From positions 27,746 to 91,745 of the forward strand of contig LCKG01000003.1 in the NCBI GenBank assembly GCA_001001285.1: 64,000 nt of DNA, read 5' to 3'. Positions 19,713-29,542 of the stretch are shown here, piece by piece. Position 1 is the stretch's first letter. The number at the start of each line of letters is the position of its first letter. Made by a program: the position numbers and the translations under genes. The notes below the pieces were generated by a model. The model saw only the letters and a list, made by a program, of their open reading frames with translations. It was not told the origin of the DNA and made no database searches. This DNA is from Parcubacteria group bacterium GW2011_GWC1_45_13 (GTDB taxonomy: Bacteria; Patescibacteriota; Minisyncoccia; UBA11713; 2-01-FULL-45-33).

Positions 19713-21506
19713 ATGCCAAATATCAGGAATTTCTGCATAATCGCCCACATTGACCATGGAAAATCCACGCTTGCCGACAGGATGCTGGAAATTACCAATA
19801 CTATTGAAAAACGCAAAATGCGGGAACAGTTTTTAGATATGCATCCGCTTGAGAGAGAAAGGGGAATCACTATCAAAATGCAACCTGTGAGGATGAATTA
19901 TAAAAATTATATTCTTAACTTGATTGATACCCCCGGGCATATCGATTTTAACTACGAAGTATCGCGAGCGCTGGCCGCGGTGGAAGGAGCAATTTTATTG
20001 GTGGACGCGACTCAAGGCGTGGAGGCGCAGACGCTTTCAAATGTTGAACTGGCGAAATCACTTAATTTAAAAATAATTCCGGTAATCAACAAAATTGACC
20101 TTCCGCAGGCAAGAATCGCAGAGACGAAGGAAGAAATAAAAAATCTTTTTGGGGAAGTCGCCGAGAATATTTTATTGGTTTCAGCGAAAACCGGTGAGGG
20201 GGTGGAAAATCTTTTGGAAGAGATTGTTAAGAAAATTCCTTCCCCCGACTTGGACGTCGGACGTCCAAGTGGACGTCCGACGTCCTTTAACGAACCGCGG
20301 GCGTTGATTTTTGATTTTGAATATTCCGCGCACCGGGGAGTAATAGCGCATGCCAGAATCTTTGACGGAGAAATAAAAAAAGGCCTGAAGCTGAAATTAG
20401 CGGAAGCCAAAGAAATTTTTACAGTGGGCGAGGTGGGGATTTTTAAACCGGAGCTTGAAGCTAAAAACGCGCTAGCGGCGGGCGAAATCGGATATATTGT
20501 CACAGGCATCAAAGAGGCGAAAGTAGTGCGTGTTGGAGACACTATTTTGAGAGAATCCTCTGACCTGCCGGCGCTCGCTGGCTATAAAGAAATTATGCCG
20601 GTGGTTTTCTCCAGCATTTATCCGGAGGACCAAGACAGGTTTGGGGATCTAAGGCGCGCTTTGGAAAGATTAAAGCTTGTGGACAGCGCGATTTTTTTTG
20701 AGGAAGAATCCAGCGGAGTTTTGGGCCGTGGTTTTCGATGCGGATTTTTGGGGGCGCTCCATTTGGAAATTGTGGTGGAACGCCTTACCAGGGATTTTGG
20801 CGTCAAAGTTATTGCTGCTATGCCCACGGTGAAATATAAAATAAAGACCAAAAAAGGCGAATTTGAAATTTATTCGCCGCATAAATTTCCAGATGAGCAC
20901 GAGATTTTGGAAGTTTTGGAGCCTTACATAACAATAGAAATTCTTGCTCCGCCAGAAAAACTTTCCGGAATTTTGAAACTCTTGGGCGAGCATGAGGCGA
21001 AAATTTCCTCTACAACTAAATTTTCAGAATCCCGCATAAAGATAGACGGAGAGATGCCGCTTCGGGAGCTGATGCGCGATTTTTTTGACGCATTAAAAAG
21101 CGTTTCGCAAGGCTACGCTTCTTTGGGTTACGAGTTTTTGGACTCCCGGCCGGCGGATTTGGTAAAGCTGGATGTTTGGGTGGCTGAAGAAATCGTACCG
21201 GCTTTTTCAAGAATTGTTTCCCATGCTCGGCTGGAGTATGAAGCTGAGGCGGCTGTGGAGAAGCTTTATAATATTTTGCCTCGTGCGCTTTTTTCTTTAA
21301 AAATTCAGGCGAAAGCCCAGGGGAGAATTTTGGCATCTAGGTCTCTAAAAGCCATGAGCAAAGACGTAACGGGGTATCTTTACGGCGGCGACAGGAGCCG
21401 TAAAATGAAACTTTGGAAAAAACAAAAAGAAGGCAAAAAAAGACTTGGCGCCCGTGCGGATTACAATATCCCGCCGGAAGTCTATTTGAAGATGATTAGG
21501 AAATAA
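19713..21506 (+). CDS. lepA: elongation factor 4
   Basis: IRNFCIIAHIDHGKSTLADR, ERERGITIK, GFRCGFLG, LYGGDRSRKMKL. Confidence 0.97.
   Translation: MPNIRNFCIIAHIDHGKSTLADRMLEITNTIEKRKMREQFLDMHPLERERGITIKMQPVRMNYKNYILNLIDTPGHIDFNYEVSRALAAVEGAILLVDATQGVEAQTLSNVELAKSLNLKIIPVINKIDLPQARIAETKEEIKNLFGEVAENILLVSAKTGEGVENLLEEIVKKIPSPDLDVGRPSGRPTSFNEPRALIFDFEYSAHRGVIAHARIFDGEIKKGLKLKLAEAKEIFTVGEVGIFKPELEAKNALAAGEIGYIVTGIKEAKVVRVGDTILRESSDLPALAGYKEIMPVVFSSIYPEDQDRFGDLRRALERLKLVDSAIFFEEESSGVLGRGFRCGFLGALHLEIVVERLTRDFGVKVIAAMPTVKYKIKTKKGEFEIYSPHKFPDEHEILEVLEPYITIEILAPPEKLSGILKLLGEHEAKISSTTKFSESRIKIDGEMPLRELMRDFFDALKSVSQGYASLGYEFLDSRPADLVKLDVWVAEEIVPAFSRIVSHARLEYEAEAAVEKLYNILPRALFSLKIQAKAQGRILASRSLKAMSKDVTGYLYGGDRSRKMKLWKKQKEGKKRLGARADYNIPPEVYLKMIRK
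20248..20285. repeat. overlapping palindromes inserted in frame in lepA
   Basis: ACTTGGACGTC-G-GACGTCCAAGT overlapping GGACGTCGGACGTCC-AAGT-GGACGTCCGACGTCC; encodes DLDVGRPSGRPTS. Confidence 0.85.
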
Positions 21507-21516
21507 GCCGAAATTT

Positions 21517-21615
21517 CTAAAGGTAGGGAACAATGAGGAAGGACAGCATGGCGATGACGGCGATTACCGTGATGGCGTTCCAGACAATTTTGGCTTTTTT
21601 TGAGGCGAATTTCAT
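21517..21615 (-). CDS. 32-aa single-TM peptide (below ORF-track cutoff)
   Basis: MKFASKKAKIVWNAITVIAVIAMLSFLIVPYL; fills the lepA-ftsB gap. Confidence 0.55.
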   Translation of the reverse strand: MKFASKKAKIVWNAITVIAVIAMLSFLIVPYL

Positions 21616-21632
21616 GTTAAAAATATAGTAGC

Positions 21633-22025
21633 ATGGCGTTTAATGATTTTAAAGAAAGCAAAGAGGTTGAGCGGGCGGTTTTTTCCTGGCCGGTAATATT
21701 TATCGCGGGGCTTCTGGTAATCGCGGCATTGTGGGGAATTTTCCGGGCTTTGGAAAAAGAGTTGGCTTTGAGGGGAGAAATTAAAACTTTGGAGAAAAAA
21801 ATTGTGGAAGCGGATTCCGTCAGGGCGGGTTTTCAGGCCAAGGTGGAAGATTTGCGCACCGAGGCTGGTTTGGACCGGGAGGCCAGGGGAAAGTTTAATT
21901 TAAAAAAACCAGGCGAAGAAGTAGTGATTTTTCTGGACGATGCATCCCAAACCGAGTCATCGGGGCTAACTGGGGGTTGGCTGGCGTCTTTATGGTCGGC
22001 AGTGAAGGGCGGACTCGGTTTTTAA
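21633..22025 (+). CDS. septum formation initiator (FtsB/DivIC family)
   Basis: TM helix, coiled coil, EARGKFNLKKPGEEVV. Confidence 0.8.
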   Translation: MAFNDFKESKEVERAVFSWPVIFIAGLLVIAALWGIFRALEKELALRGEIKTLEKKIVEADSVRAGFQAKVEDLRTEAGLDREARGKFNLKKPGEEVVIFLDDASQTESSGLTGGWLASLWSAVKGGLGF

Positions 22026-22028
22026 AAA

Positions 22029-22622
22029 ATGCCGGAAATTTTCACAAAAAAGAATATAACGATTTTACTCACTGTTTTATTTCTGGGAGCTGTTATATAC
22101 ATAAGCTTCGGATTTTTGCCGGTTCTTAAAGTTGAGGGGACATCGGTGAGCTATTCAGAATTTCAAAAAGTTTACGGCGCGATCGGCTCTTTTGACAAGA
22201 TTTCCAGAAAACCTGACCCTGCAGGTGGCGGTGGGAACAGCGCGGCGCCGGAAGAGATGAAAAAAATGGCTCTGGAAAGCATTATAGAAAGTAGGCTATT
22301 GGACGAACTGATAAAAGAAGCAAATCCGGAGCTCGCGAAAAAAGCCGAAGAGATTCTGCAAAAAACATTGCTGGAAAATAAAAATTTGTCTTTAGACGAG
22401 GCTTCCAAGATCCTTTACGGGATTTCAGCGGCTGATTTTCAAAAATTGGTTTTATTGCCGCAGGCAAAAAAAGATGCGCTGACGGATTATTACGAATCCA
22501 ATCCGGAGCGCCTGGCCGACCTCTGGACGGCACTCCTAAAAAGCGCTAAAGTGCAAATCTACTACCCGGGATTTTACTGGGAGAACGGAGAAGTTCACCC
22601 CGTTAGAGATTCATCACGCTGA
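22029..22622 (+). CDS. membrane-anchored SurA-N-like chaperone domain protein; C-terminus altered by an insertion
   Basis: N-terminal TM, VLKVEG..VS, ALESIIE..LL; ends HPVRDSSR, read from the element end. Confidence 0.65.
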   Translation: MPEIFTKKNITILLTVLFLGAVIYISFGFLPVLKVEGTSVSYSEFQKVYGAIGSFDKISRKPDPAGGGGNSAAPEEMKKMALESIIESRLLDELIKEANPELAKKAEEILQKTLLENKNLSLDEASKILYGISAADFQKLVLLPQAKKDALTDYYESNPERLADLWTALLKSAKVQIYYPGFYWENGEVHPVRDSSR

Positions 22623-22880
22623 TGATTTATACTTATGTCATAAAAAGCAGGAAAGATGGCAAATGGTATGCTGGGTCAACCAATGATTTACGGAAGCGTT
22701 TTAACGATCATAATCGTGGACAAGTTTTTTCCACAAAAGGAAGGAGACCGTTTGAGTTGATATACTATGAAGCTTGTTTGGACGACCATGATGCTCGAGT
22801 ACGCGAAAAGTATTTAAAATCAGGCCCAGGCAAAAGATACTTGAAAAATAGATTAAAACGCTCCCTATCTCTAACGGGGT
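22597..22880. mobile_element. GIY-YIG-encoding element with 14-bp terminal inverted repeats
   Basis: ACCCCGTTAGAGAT (22597-22610) and ATCTCTAACGGGGT (22867-22880) tightly bracket the gene. Confidence 0.75.
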
Positions 22881-22882
22881 AA
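22622..22882 (+). CDS. small stand-alone GIY-YIG nuclease (no. 1)
   Basis: YTYVI...WYAGSTNDLRKRFNDHN...LIYYE..ARVREKYLK. Confidence 0.92.
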   Translation: MIYTYVIKSRKDGKWYAGSTNDLRKRFNDHNRGQVFSTKGRRPFELIYYEACLDDHDARVREKYLKSGPGKRYLKNRLKRSLSLTG

Positions 22883-22893
22883 AAATTGAATAA

Positions 22894-22964
22894 GCGGGTA
22901 TGGTTTAATGGCAGAATGATTGCTTCCCAAGCAATAGATCGGGGTTCGATTCCCCGTACCCGCA
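22894..22964 (+). tRNA. tRNA-Gly(CCC)
   Basis: Acceptor GCGGGTA/TACCCGC, anticodon arm ATTGC-TTCCCAA-GCAAT, GGTTCGATTCC; no encoded CCA. Confidence 0.95.
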
Positions 22965-23041
22965 TAAAAAATAAACGGACTTGCGCAAAACTATTTTATG
23001 TGCTAAGGTCTTGATAGAATTTTGAGCAAGGGAGGAACGAT

Positions 23042-24274
23042 ATGTACTCTTTTTTCACAACGGTGCTGAAGCGCCTGATTGTATTTTTGGCTGTTTTGCT
23101 CTGCTGGTTGCGGATTTCCGGAGCCGCGGAGTTTACGCCGGAGCTTTTGGAGAAAAAATCGCTGGTTTGCAGAGAAGTTCTTAAAACTAAACCAGTTCAT
23201 TATTACACGTTCCGAGGCGCTGTGGTGGCAAAAGAAATTGTGCTGTGTGCGTATTCTTTATCGACCGACAGAGTTGAGACGGTAAGCATTAAGAGCGGCA
23301 TTTCCGGCAACCAAGCAACGCTCGCTTTTAATGTTTTAACGCCCGGCTATCGGATTGAGCGCGTGCGTGGGCAGGGGATTACGCATTTTTATTTCAAAAT
23401 CTCCGGCCGCGGCGGGGAAGAGTTAATTTTGCTGGACGGCAGGCATCTTGATCTTGAAACCAAAAAAAGCCTGTTTTATTTCCCTTTTGACAACATTTTT
23501 TTGAGCAAAAAATCGGCTTCCCGCGGATACAGATTTTTGCTTGACGTAATTACTTTCGCGCAAAACGAGATTTGCGCGCTTGGGGTGAAATCCCGCGCGT
23601 ATCCAGGAAGCATGCTTTGCGAGCTTTTCAACGATCGCTTCATCGCCACTCTGATTTTCATTGAGCAGGCGGACGACGGAGAGTTTTTTAACAAATGCCC
23701 GGCTCTGGAAAGTTTGCCGCTGGCGGAAAACCGGGTTTATGCAAATTGCCCGGAATACGCGATTTTTAAGACATTGACTCATATAGACAGGAACCGGGAA
23801 AAAGCATATAGCGCCGTGGCAAGCCGGAAAGGCGCTCGGGGCATCACGCAGTTTATGAACACTAAACAATACCCGACTTATGGCGAAACCGTGCGCGATT
23901 ATCCTGAAGCGAATTTAATTCCGGATTACAGGATCGGCAGCAGTGAAATGCGGAATGCCGTAAAAGCCACAATTTGCTACTTGGATAAAATTTTGCGGCG
24001 GCTTCCTCAATCGGCGCGCGAAGAATTCCGTGATGACTTTATCTTTGGAGGACTTTTCCTTATAACTGGCTATAACGGCGGGCCGGAAAAAGCAAAGTCG
24101 CTTTATCACGCTTTCCACGGGCTTTCAAAAAATAACTGGAAAGCACTTGAAATTAGTGAATTTAAACCGGGAAAAACCGTCCGGAGGGAGACGGCGGGCT
24201 ATATAGAAAAGTATCTCTTTTCCTGGCCGGTCATAGAGAAATTGGATAGGTGGCTTTCGGAAGGGCAATATTGA
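23042..24274 (+). CDS. exported lytic transglycosylase (SLT-like) domain protein
   Basis: Signal peptide, SRKGARGITQF, GYNGG, ETAGYI; GGGAGG upstream. Confidence 0.7.
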   Translation: MYSFFTTVLKRLIVFLAVLLCWLRISGAAEFTPELLEKKSLVCREVLKTKPVHYYTFRGAVVAKEIVLCAYSLSTDRVETVSIKSGISGNQATLAFNVLTPGYRIERVRGQGITHFYFKISGRGGEELILLDGRHLDLETKKSLFYFPFDNIFLSKKSASRGYRFLLDVITFAQNEICALGVKSRAYPGSMLCELFNDRFIATLIFIEQADDGEFFNKCPALESLPLAENRVYANCPEYAIFKTLTHIDRNREKAYSAVASRKGARGITQFMNTKQYPTYGETVRDYPEANLIPDYRIGSSEMRNAVKATICYLDKILRRLPQSAREEFRDDFIFGGLFLITGYNGGPEKAKSLYHAFHGLSKNNWKALEISEFKPGKTVRRETAGYIEKYLFSWPVIEKLDRWLSEGQY

Positions 24275-24293
24275 TTGCCCTTTTTCTTTTTTA

Positions 24294-24365
24294 AGCCACC
24301 CGTCGGATTTGAACCGACAACCTATCGCTTACGAAGCGATTGCTCTGCCGTTGAGCTAGGGTGGC
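24294..24365 (-). tRNA. tRNA-Thr(CGT)
   Basis: Reverse complement GCCACCC...ATCGC-TTCGTAA-GCGAT...GGTTCAAATCC...GGGTGGCT. Confidence 0.95.
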
Positions 24366-24436
24366 CCACTTGGACTTGCCGAGGTCAGCACTCTTCTTTT
24401 CTAGCATTTTTTTTGATTTTGTGCTACTGTAAAATC

Positions 24437-25484
24437 GTGGAAGCTAAAGACAAAAAATACTTAGAGGACTTGACAATCAGGATCCGCCGTGCGGCGGACC
24501 GTCTTTGACTTGCGTAGCCAGAAAGAAAATCTTCTGAAATTGGAAAGCGAGGCCAGCCGCGTCGGTTTTTGGGATGACAACGAAAAGGCGCAAAAAGTAA
24601 CAAAGGAAATAGCGGGGCTTAAAGAAATCGTATCTTCGTGGGAGAAAATTTTGATGGATGCCGGAAATTTGACGGACTTGAGCGAAGCTTATGCTTTGGA
24701 AAGAAAATTTCAGGAACTGGAAAGAAACCAACTTTTTTTCGGAAAATACGACAAGGGCAGCGCCTTACTGCAAATTTTCGCGGGTGCTGGTGGGGACGAC
24801 GCCGAAGACTGGGCAAGAATTTTATTTCAAATGTATGAAAAATTTTCCGCGCGCCGTGGCTGGGATTTTAAAATTGTGCATAATCATCCCAATGAATTTG
24901 GGGGGATAAAAAACGCCGCGGCTCTAATTGAAGGGAAGTTCGTCTACGGCTATTTAAAAAAAGAATACGGCGTGCACCGCTTGGTGCGGATATCGCCTTA
25001 CGACGCCAATAAAAGGCGGCACACCTCTTTCGCGCTGGTAGAAATTTTGCCGGAAATTACCGACCCGGAAGAAATACCCATTAAAGAAGACGACTTGGAA
25101 ATTACTTTTGCTAGAGCCGGCGGACCAGGCGGGCAGAATGTAAATAAACGGGAGACGGCCGTCCGCGTTTTGCACAAGCCCACGGGGCTCACGGCGCACG
25201 CGAGTTCGGAGAGAACCCAGCAGGCCAACAGAAAACACGCCTTGAATATTTTACGCGCCAAGCTTTATGAATTGGAAATTAAAAAAACGGAGTCGGAGAG
25301 GAAAGAGGTGAGGGGCGGGAAAATTCCGCAGATAGAATGGGGCCACCAGATCCGCTCCTACGTTTTTCATCCTTATCAAATGGTAAAGGACCACCGCACC
25401 GGGTTTGAAACGGCCGATGTGGAGGGGGTACTTGCGGGCGGGCTGGAAAATATTGTAGAATCAGAATTAAATGATTTATTTTGA
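24437..25484 (+). CDS. prfB: peptide chain release factor 2 with programmed +1 frameshift
   Basis: GTG 24437 frame stops at CTT TGA C (24503-24509); +1 frame has SPY, RRHTSFA, GGQ. Confidence 0.93.
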
Positions 25485-26151
25485 TAAAGTTTCCAAAGTC
25501 TATTCTCCAACCTCAATCGCTCTTGAGGATGTTTCTTTTACCATTGCCCCAAATGAATTTATTTCAATAGTGGGCCAGTCAGGAGCTGGAAAATCCACGC
25601 TTTTAAAATTGCTTTTGGTAGAAGACTGGCCCACTTCTGGCAAGGTTTTTTTTGAATCAAATGATGTGCATGCCATACCCAAAGAAGATCTTCCGTTAAT
25701 CCGCAGGCGGATGGGCGTAGTCTTTCAAGACTATCGGCTGCTTCCGCAAAAAACCGCTTATGAAAATGTGGCTTTCGCACTGGAGGCGGGCGGAAAAGAA
25801 GACGACGATATCAAACACGATGTGCCGCAGGTTTTGGAGCTGGTGGGTTTGATGGACAAGGCCTGGCATTTCCCGCACGAGCTTTCTGGCGGAGAAAAAC
25901 AGCGCGTAGCCATTGCCAGGGCGATTGTCTCTCGGCCGGACGTGGTGATAGCAGACGAACCCACCGGAAATTTGGACCCCTTGAATACCTTGGAAATAAT
26001 CCGCCTTTTGGAAAAAGTAAATGATTTAGGAACCATGGTTATCTTGGCTACGCACGACAAAGAAATAATAAATTCTCTGAAACGCCGGGTGGTTACGCTA
26101 GAGAAAGGCAGGTTGGTAAGAGACGAGCAGAGAGGGAGGTATGTGCTTTAA
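25471..26151 (+). CDS. ftsE: cell division ATP-binding protein
   Basis: [26 protein letters not shown]; followed by ftsX. Confidence 0.92.
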   Translation: MIYFDKVSKVYSPTSIALEDVSFTIAPNEFISIVGQSGAGKSTLLKLLLVEDWPTSGKVFFESNDVHAIPKEDLPLIRRRMGVVFQDYRLLPQKTAYENVAFALEAGGKEDDDIKHDVPQVLELVGLMDKAWHFPHELSGGEKQRVAIARAIVSRPDVVIADEPTGNLDPLNTLEIIRLLEKVNDLGTMVILATHDKEIINSLKRRVVTLEKGRLVRDEQRGRYVL

Positions 26152-26178
26152 TGCGTATCTTCATGTTATAATTAATCC

Positions 26179-27117
26179 ATGGCGATGGATAAGATAACTT
26201 TTCGGAGGATTTTAAAGTGGGGTTTTTTGAGTTTTTTTAGGAACGGCGTAGTAAGCGCGGCGACTGTTCTGGTAATATCTCTGTCTATTTTTATGATAGG
26301 TGCGGTGGTTGTGGGTAGCACGTTTCTTTCCGGCATCATTTCTTCTTTGGAAGAAAAAGTGGATGTCAGCGCTTATTTTAAAACCAGCGCACCGGAGGCG
26401 CGGATTTTATCGTTAAAAAAAGATTTGGAGGCATTGCCCGAAGTGCGCGCCGTGAAATACATTTCGGCCGATGAAGCCTTGCTGGCTTTTCGCGAGAGAC
26501 ACGCCGGGGACGATGCCATTTTACAGTCTTTGGAAGTGGTTGGCGCCAATCCTTTTTCTTCGAGCCTGGAAATTAAAGCCAGGGACCCATCAAAATACGA
26601 CGCCATCAGTAAGTTTCTGGAAAAAGGGTCTTATGGTGATATTTTGGACGCCGACTCTTCTGGGCAGAAAAAAATAACTTACCGCCAAAACCAATTTGTG
26701 ATTGACCGATTATCTTCATTGCTTTCCACATCGCGCCGAATCGGTTTTGCTGTAAGTTTGATTTTGGCCGTTATCGCTTTGATGGTGGCTTACAGCACTG
26801 TGAGATTGGCCATTTATAATTCCAGAGACGAAATTTCGGTAATGCAGTTGGTGGGCGCGTCCCGCGCTTTTATTCGGGGGCCGTTTTTGGTGGAAGGCGT
26901 AATTCACGGCATCATCGCTTCTTTTTTTACTTTAGTTTTGCTTTATCCGGCTTTTTGGCTGATTGGCAAAAAAACATCCGTGCTTTTCGGTGGGATTAAC
27001 ATTTTTCAATATTTTGTTTCCAATATATTTCAGATATTTTTTATATTGCTGGTTGCCGGCGTGCTTTTAGGCGTTTTGTCGGCTTACATCGCCATACGCC
27101 GGTATCTCAAAGTTTGA
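26179..27117 (+). CDS. ftsX: cell division permease
   Basis: 1+3 TM layout, EISVMQLVGAS..FIRGPFLVEG. Confidence 0.92.
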   Translation: MAMDKITFRRILKWGFLSFFRNGVVSAATVLVISLSIFMIGAVVVGSTFLSGIISSLEEKVDVSAYFKTSAPEARILSLKKDLEALPEVRAVKYISADEALLAFRERHAGDDAILQSLEVVGANPFSSSLEIKARDPSKYDAISKFLEKGSYGDILDADSSGQKKITYRQNQFVIDRLSSLLSTSRRIGFAVSLILAVIALMVAYSTVRLAIYNSRDEISVMQLVGASRAFIRGPFLVEGVIHGIIASFFTLVLLYPAFWLIGKKTSVLFGGINIFQYFVSNIFQIFFILLVAGVLLGVLSAYIAIRRYLKV

Positions 27118-27124
27118 TTTAGTT

Positions 27125-28906
27125 TTATTTTACCAGATTTTGTTTCCTCAATCTCACACTTTGAGGCGTTATTTCCAGATATTCGTCTTCGGACATAATT
27201 TCCAGCCCCCTTTCAATCGTCAAAAGATATGGAGGCGAAAGCGTGAGGGCTTCGTCCGAACTTTTGGAGCGCATGTTGGTGAGCTCTTTGCCTTTGGTCG
27301 GGTTCACAACCATTTCATCTCCTTTGGCCGTGTTGCCGATTACCATTCCTTTATAAATTTCAGTGCCCGGGCCAATGTAAAGCATTCCGCGGTCTTGCAA
27401 ACCCCAAAGAGAAAATCCTAACGCTTTGCCGTCGGCCATTGAGACCATGGAGCCGGCGGAGCGTTTTTTAATTTCTCCTTTCATCGGTCTAAAACCTACA
27501 ACATGCGACGCGAAAATTCCTTCGCCCTTGGTATCTATGATGAATTGATTTCGGTAACCCAGAATTCCGCGGGTCGGCCCTTCCAAAGAAAGCCGGACTA
27601 TATTTTCTTTGTTAAAAAGATTTGTCAAAATAAATCCGCGCCCTCCCAAGCGCTCAATAATCGCTCCCTGATGTTTCGCGGGCGCGTCAATTATCACCTC
27701 TTCGTACGGCTCGTAGACCTCGTCATCATTTTCCTTATGTAAAATGACCTGCGGTTGCGAAACCTGAAGCTCGTAGCCGGCTCTCCGCATATTTTCCAAA
27801 AGTATCGCAATGAGGAGCTCGCCTCTGCCCGAAACTTTGAAAATATCCAGCCCAAAATCAATTTTGAGTCCTACGTTCACCTCAAGCTCGCGCTCCAAAT
27901 ATTCCCTAATCTGGCGCGAGGTGACAAATTTTCCCTCTCTCCCTCCAAAGGGCGAATTATTTACTAAAAAATTAAGCGTGATGGTCGGCTCGTCTATTTT
28001 AATCGCCGGTAGCGCTTCCAAACTTTCATCTTTCATCACGGTTTCACCGATATAAATATCGGGAAGCCCGGCGACAAGCGCGATGTCTCCGGCGACTGCT
28101 TCTGACGCCTCAACGCGTTCCAAGCCGTTGAAAGTGAAAATTTTTGCGATCTTCCCAGGGCGCGTTCCGCCGTTTTTTATAAATATATTTTCTCCGGATT
28201 TTAAAATTCCTTCATAAACCCGGCCTACCGCGAGGCGCCCCAAAAAATTATCGTAGCCTAAATTAAACGGCTGAAAGCGCAGTGGTTTTTCAACCAAAAT
28301 TACGGACGAAGCCGATGGCACATGTTTTAAAATCGTTTCTAAAAGGGGAGTGAGGTCAGAAGATTCGTCTTCCAGTTTTAATTTCGCGATGCCCGCTTTG
28401 CCATTTGCGTAAATTACCGGAAAATTTGCCTGCTCGTCGGACGCTCCCAATTCCAAAAAAAGTTCCAAAACCTGCTCTTCGCATTTGGCGGGGTCAGCCG
28501 CCGGTTTGTCTATTTTATTTATTATCACAATCGGCTTTAAACCGAGCTCCAGAGATTTTTTTAAAACAAATCTTGTCTGCGGCATCGGCCCCTCCTGCGC
28601 GTCCACCACCAAAAGCACGGAATCAATTGCCCTAAGCACGCGCTCCACCTCCGAGCCGAAATCCGCGTGCCCGGGAGTGTCCACAATATTTATTTTTGTC
28701 GAAGATTGCGAAAATCCCGAGCTTGTCGAGGTATACATAATCGCAGCATTTTTTGAATAAATTGTAATCCCGCGCTCAAGCTCCAGAGCGTTTGAATCCA
28801 TAGACACGCCCTCTTTCGCCACTCCGGTTTGCCGCAAAAGCGCGTCGGTAAGAGTTGTCTTCCCGTGGTCAACATGGGCGATTATCGCTATGTTTCTGAT
28901 TTCCAT
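27125..28906 (-). CDS. typA: ribosome-associated GTPase TypA/BipA
   Basis: IRNIAIIAHVDHGKTTL, DFGSEVER, VSGRGEL, EYLEITPQSVRLRK. Confidence 0.96.
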   Translation of the reverse strand: MEIRNIAIIAHVDHGKTTLTDALLRQTGVAKEGVSMDSNALELERGITIYSKNAAIMYTSTSSGFSQSSTKINIVDTPGHADFGSEVERVLRAIDSVLLVVDAQEGPMPQTRFVLKKSLELGLKPIVIINKIDKPAADPAKCEEQVLELFLELGASDEQANFPVIYANGKAGIAKLKLEDESSDLTPLLETILKHVPSASSVILVEKPLRFQPFNLGYDNFLGRLAVGRVYEGILKSGENIFIKNGGTRPGKIAKIFTFNGLERVEASEAVAGDIALVAGLPDIYIGETVMKDESLEALPAIKIDEPTITLNFLVNNSPFGGREGKFVTSRQIREYLERELEVNVGLKIDFGLDIFKVSGRGELLIAILLENMRRAGYELQVSQPQVILHKENDDEVYEPYEEVIIDAPAKHQGAIIERLGGRGFILTNLFNKENIVRLSLEGPTRGILGYRNQFIIDTKGEGIFASHVVGFRPMKGEIKKRSAGSMVSMADGKALGFSLWGLQDRGMLYIGPGTEIYKGMVIGNTAKGDEMVVNPTKGKELTNMRSKSSDEALTLSPPYLLTIERGLEIMSEDEYLEITPQSVRLRKQNLVK

Positions 28907-29006
28907 AAAAAAATTGCCTCGTCCGCCAACTGGCGGAAGGCTTTTTTATACTACACTAAAAATTAAAATAGGTCAAATCTAAAAAAAGCCCGAGCTAGGC
29001 GCTGGG

Positions 29007-29390
29007 CTATGAGTGCTTACCGTATTTTTCGAGGTAAGGCATAAAAAATTTCTGAGGAATAAAAACTGGGTCGCCGCTTGGCATAGTAGCTATGGCCATA
29101 CAAATGTATTTTTCGCCCTGCGCGCTACTCGGGCCGCCTTCACGCTTGAGTTTTTCAATTTGACGCTTGAGTTCTTCAACGGCGGCGCGTATCACACTTC
29201 CCAGCCTGCCGCAGGCTTTGTAATGAACCTTCGGGTCTTGTTCTTTCCACCCGGTCCCTACAAACACATAGAAAATAAGATTTCCGGCGCGGTTTAGGTA
29301 GTCAAGGTCTTTTTTTATATCCAAGGCCTCTTTCCGATGCTTCCTCAATTTTCTCTCAAGCTCTTTTCTTATCATCCTTCTTACTGACAT
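29007..29390 (-). CDS. hypothetical protein (solo cassette)
   Basis: GGAGGT upstream, own TTGACT-type promoter, hairpin at its 3' end. Confidence 0.65.
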   Translation of the reverse strand: MSVRRMIRKELERKLRKHRKEALDIKKDLDYLNRAGNLIFYVFVGTGWKEQDPKVHYKACGRLGSVIRAAVEELKRQIEKLKREGGPSSAQGEKYICMAIATMPSGDPVFIPQKFFMPYLEKYGKHS

Positions 29391-29439
29391 AGCCGCACCT
29401 CCATTTCTGCCTAAAACTTAGCGTTTATTTGATTTTTAG

Positions 29440-29526
29440 TCAAGCCGGAGCTTTCCTTCTCTCCGCCAAAAATTTCTTATCTGCCGCCAGCCCAATTCCC
29501 CGCTTCGCCCCAGTAATAACAACGAA
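29440..29526 (-). pseudogene. remnant of an SDR N-terminus
   Basis: Minus strand reads FVVITGAKRGIGLAADKKFLAE then stops; TGxxxGIG Rossmann motif. Confidence 0.55.
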
Positions 29527-29542
29527 TTCGTAATAAAAATAG

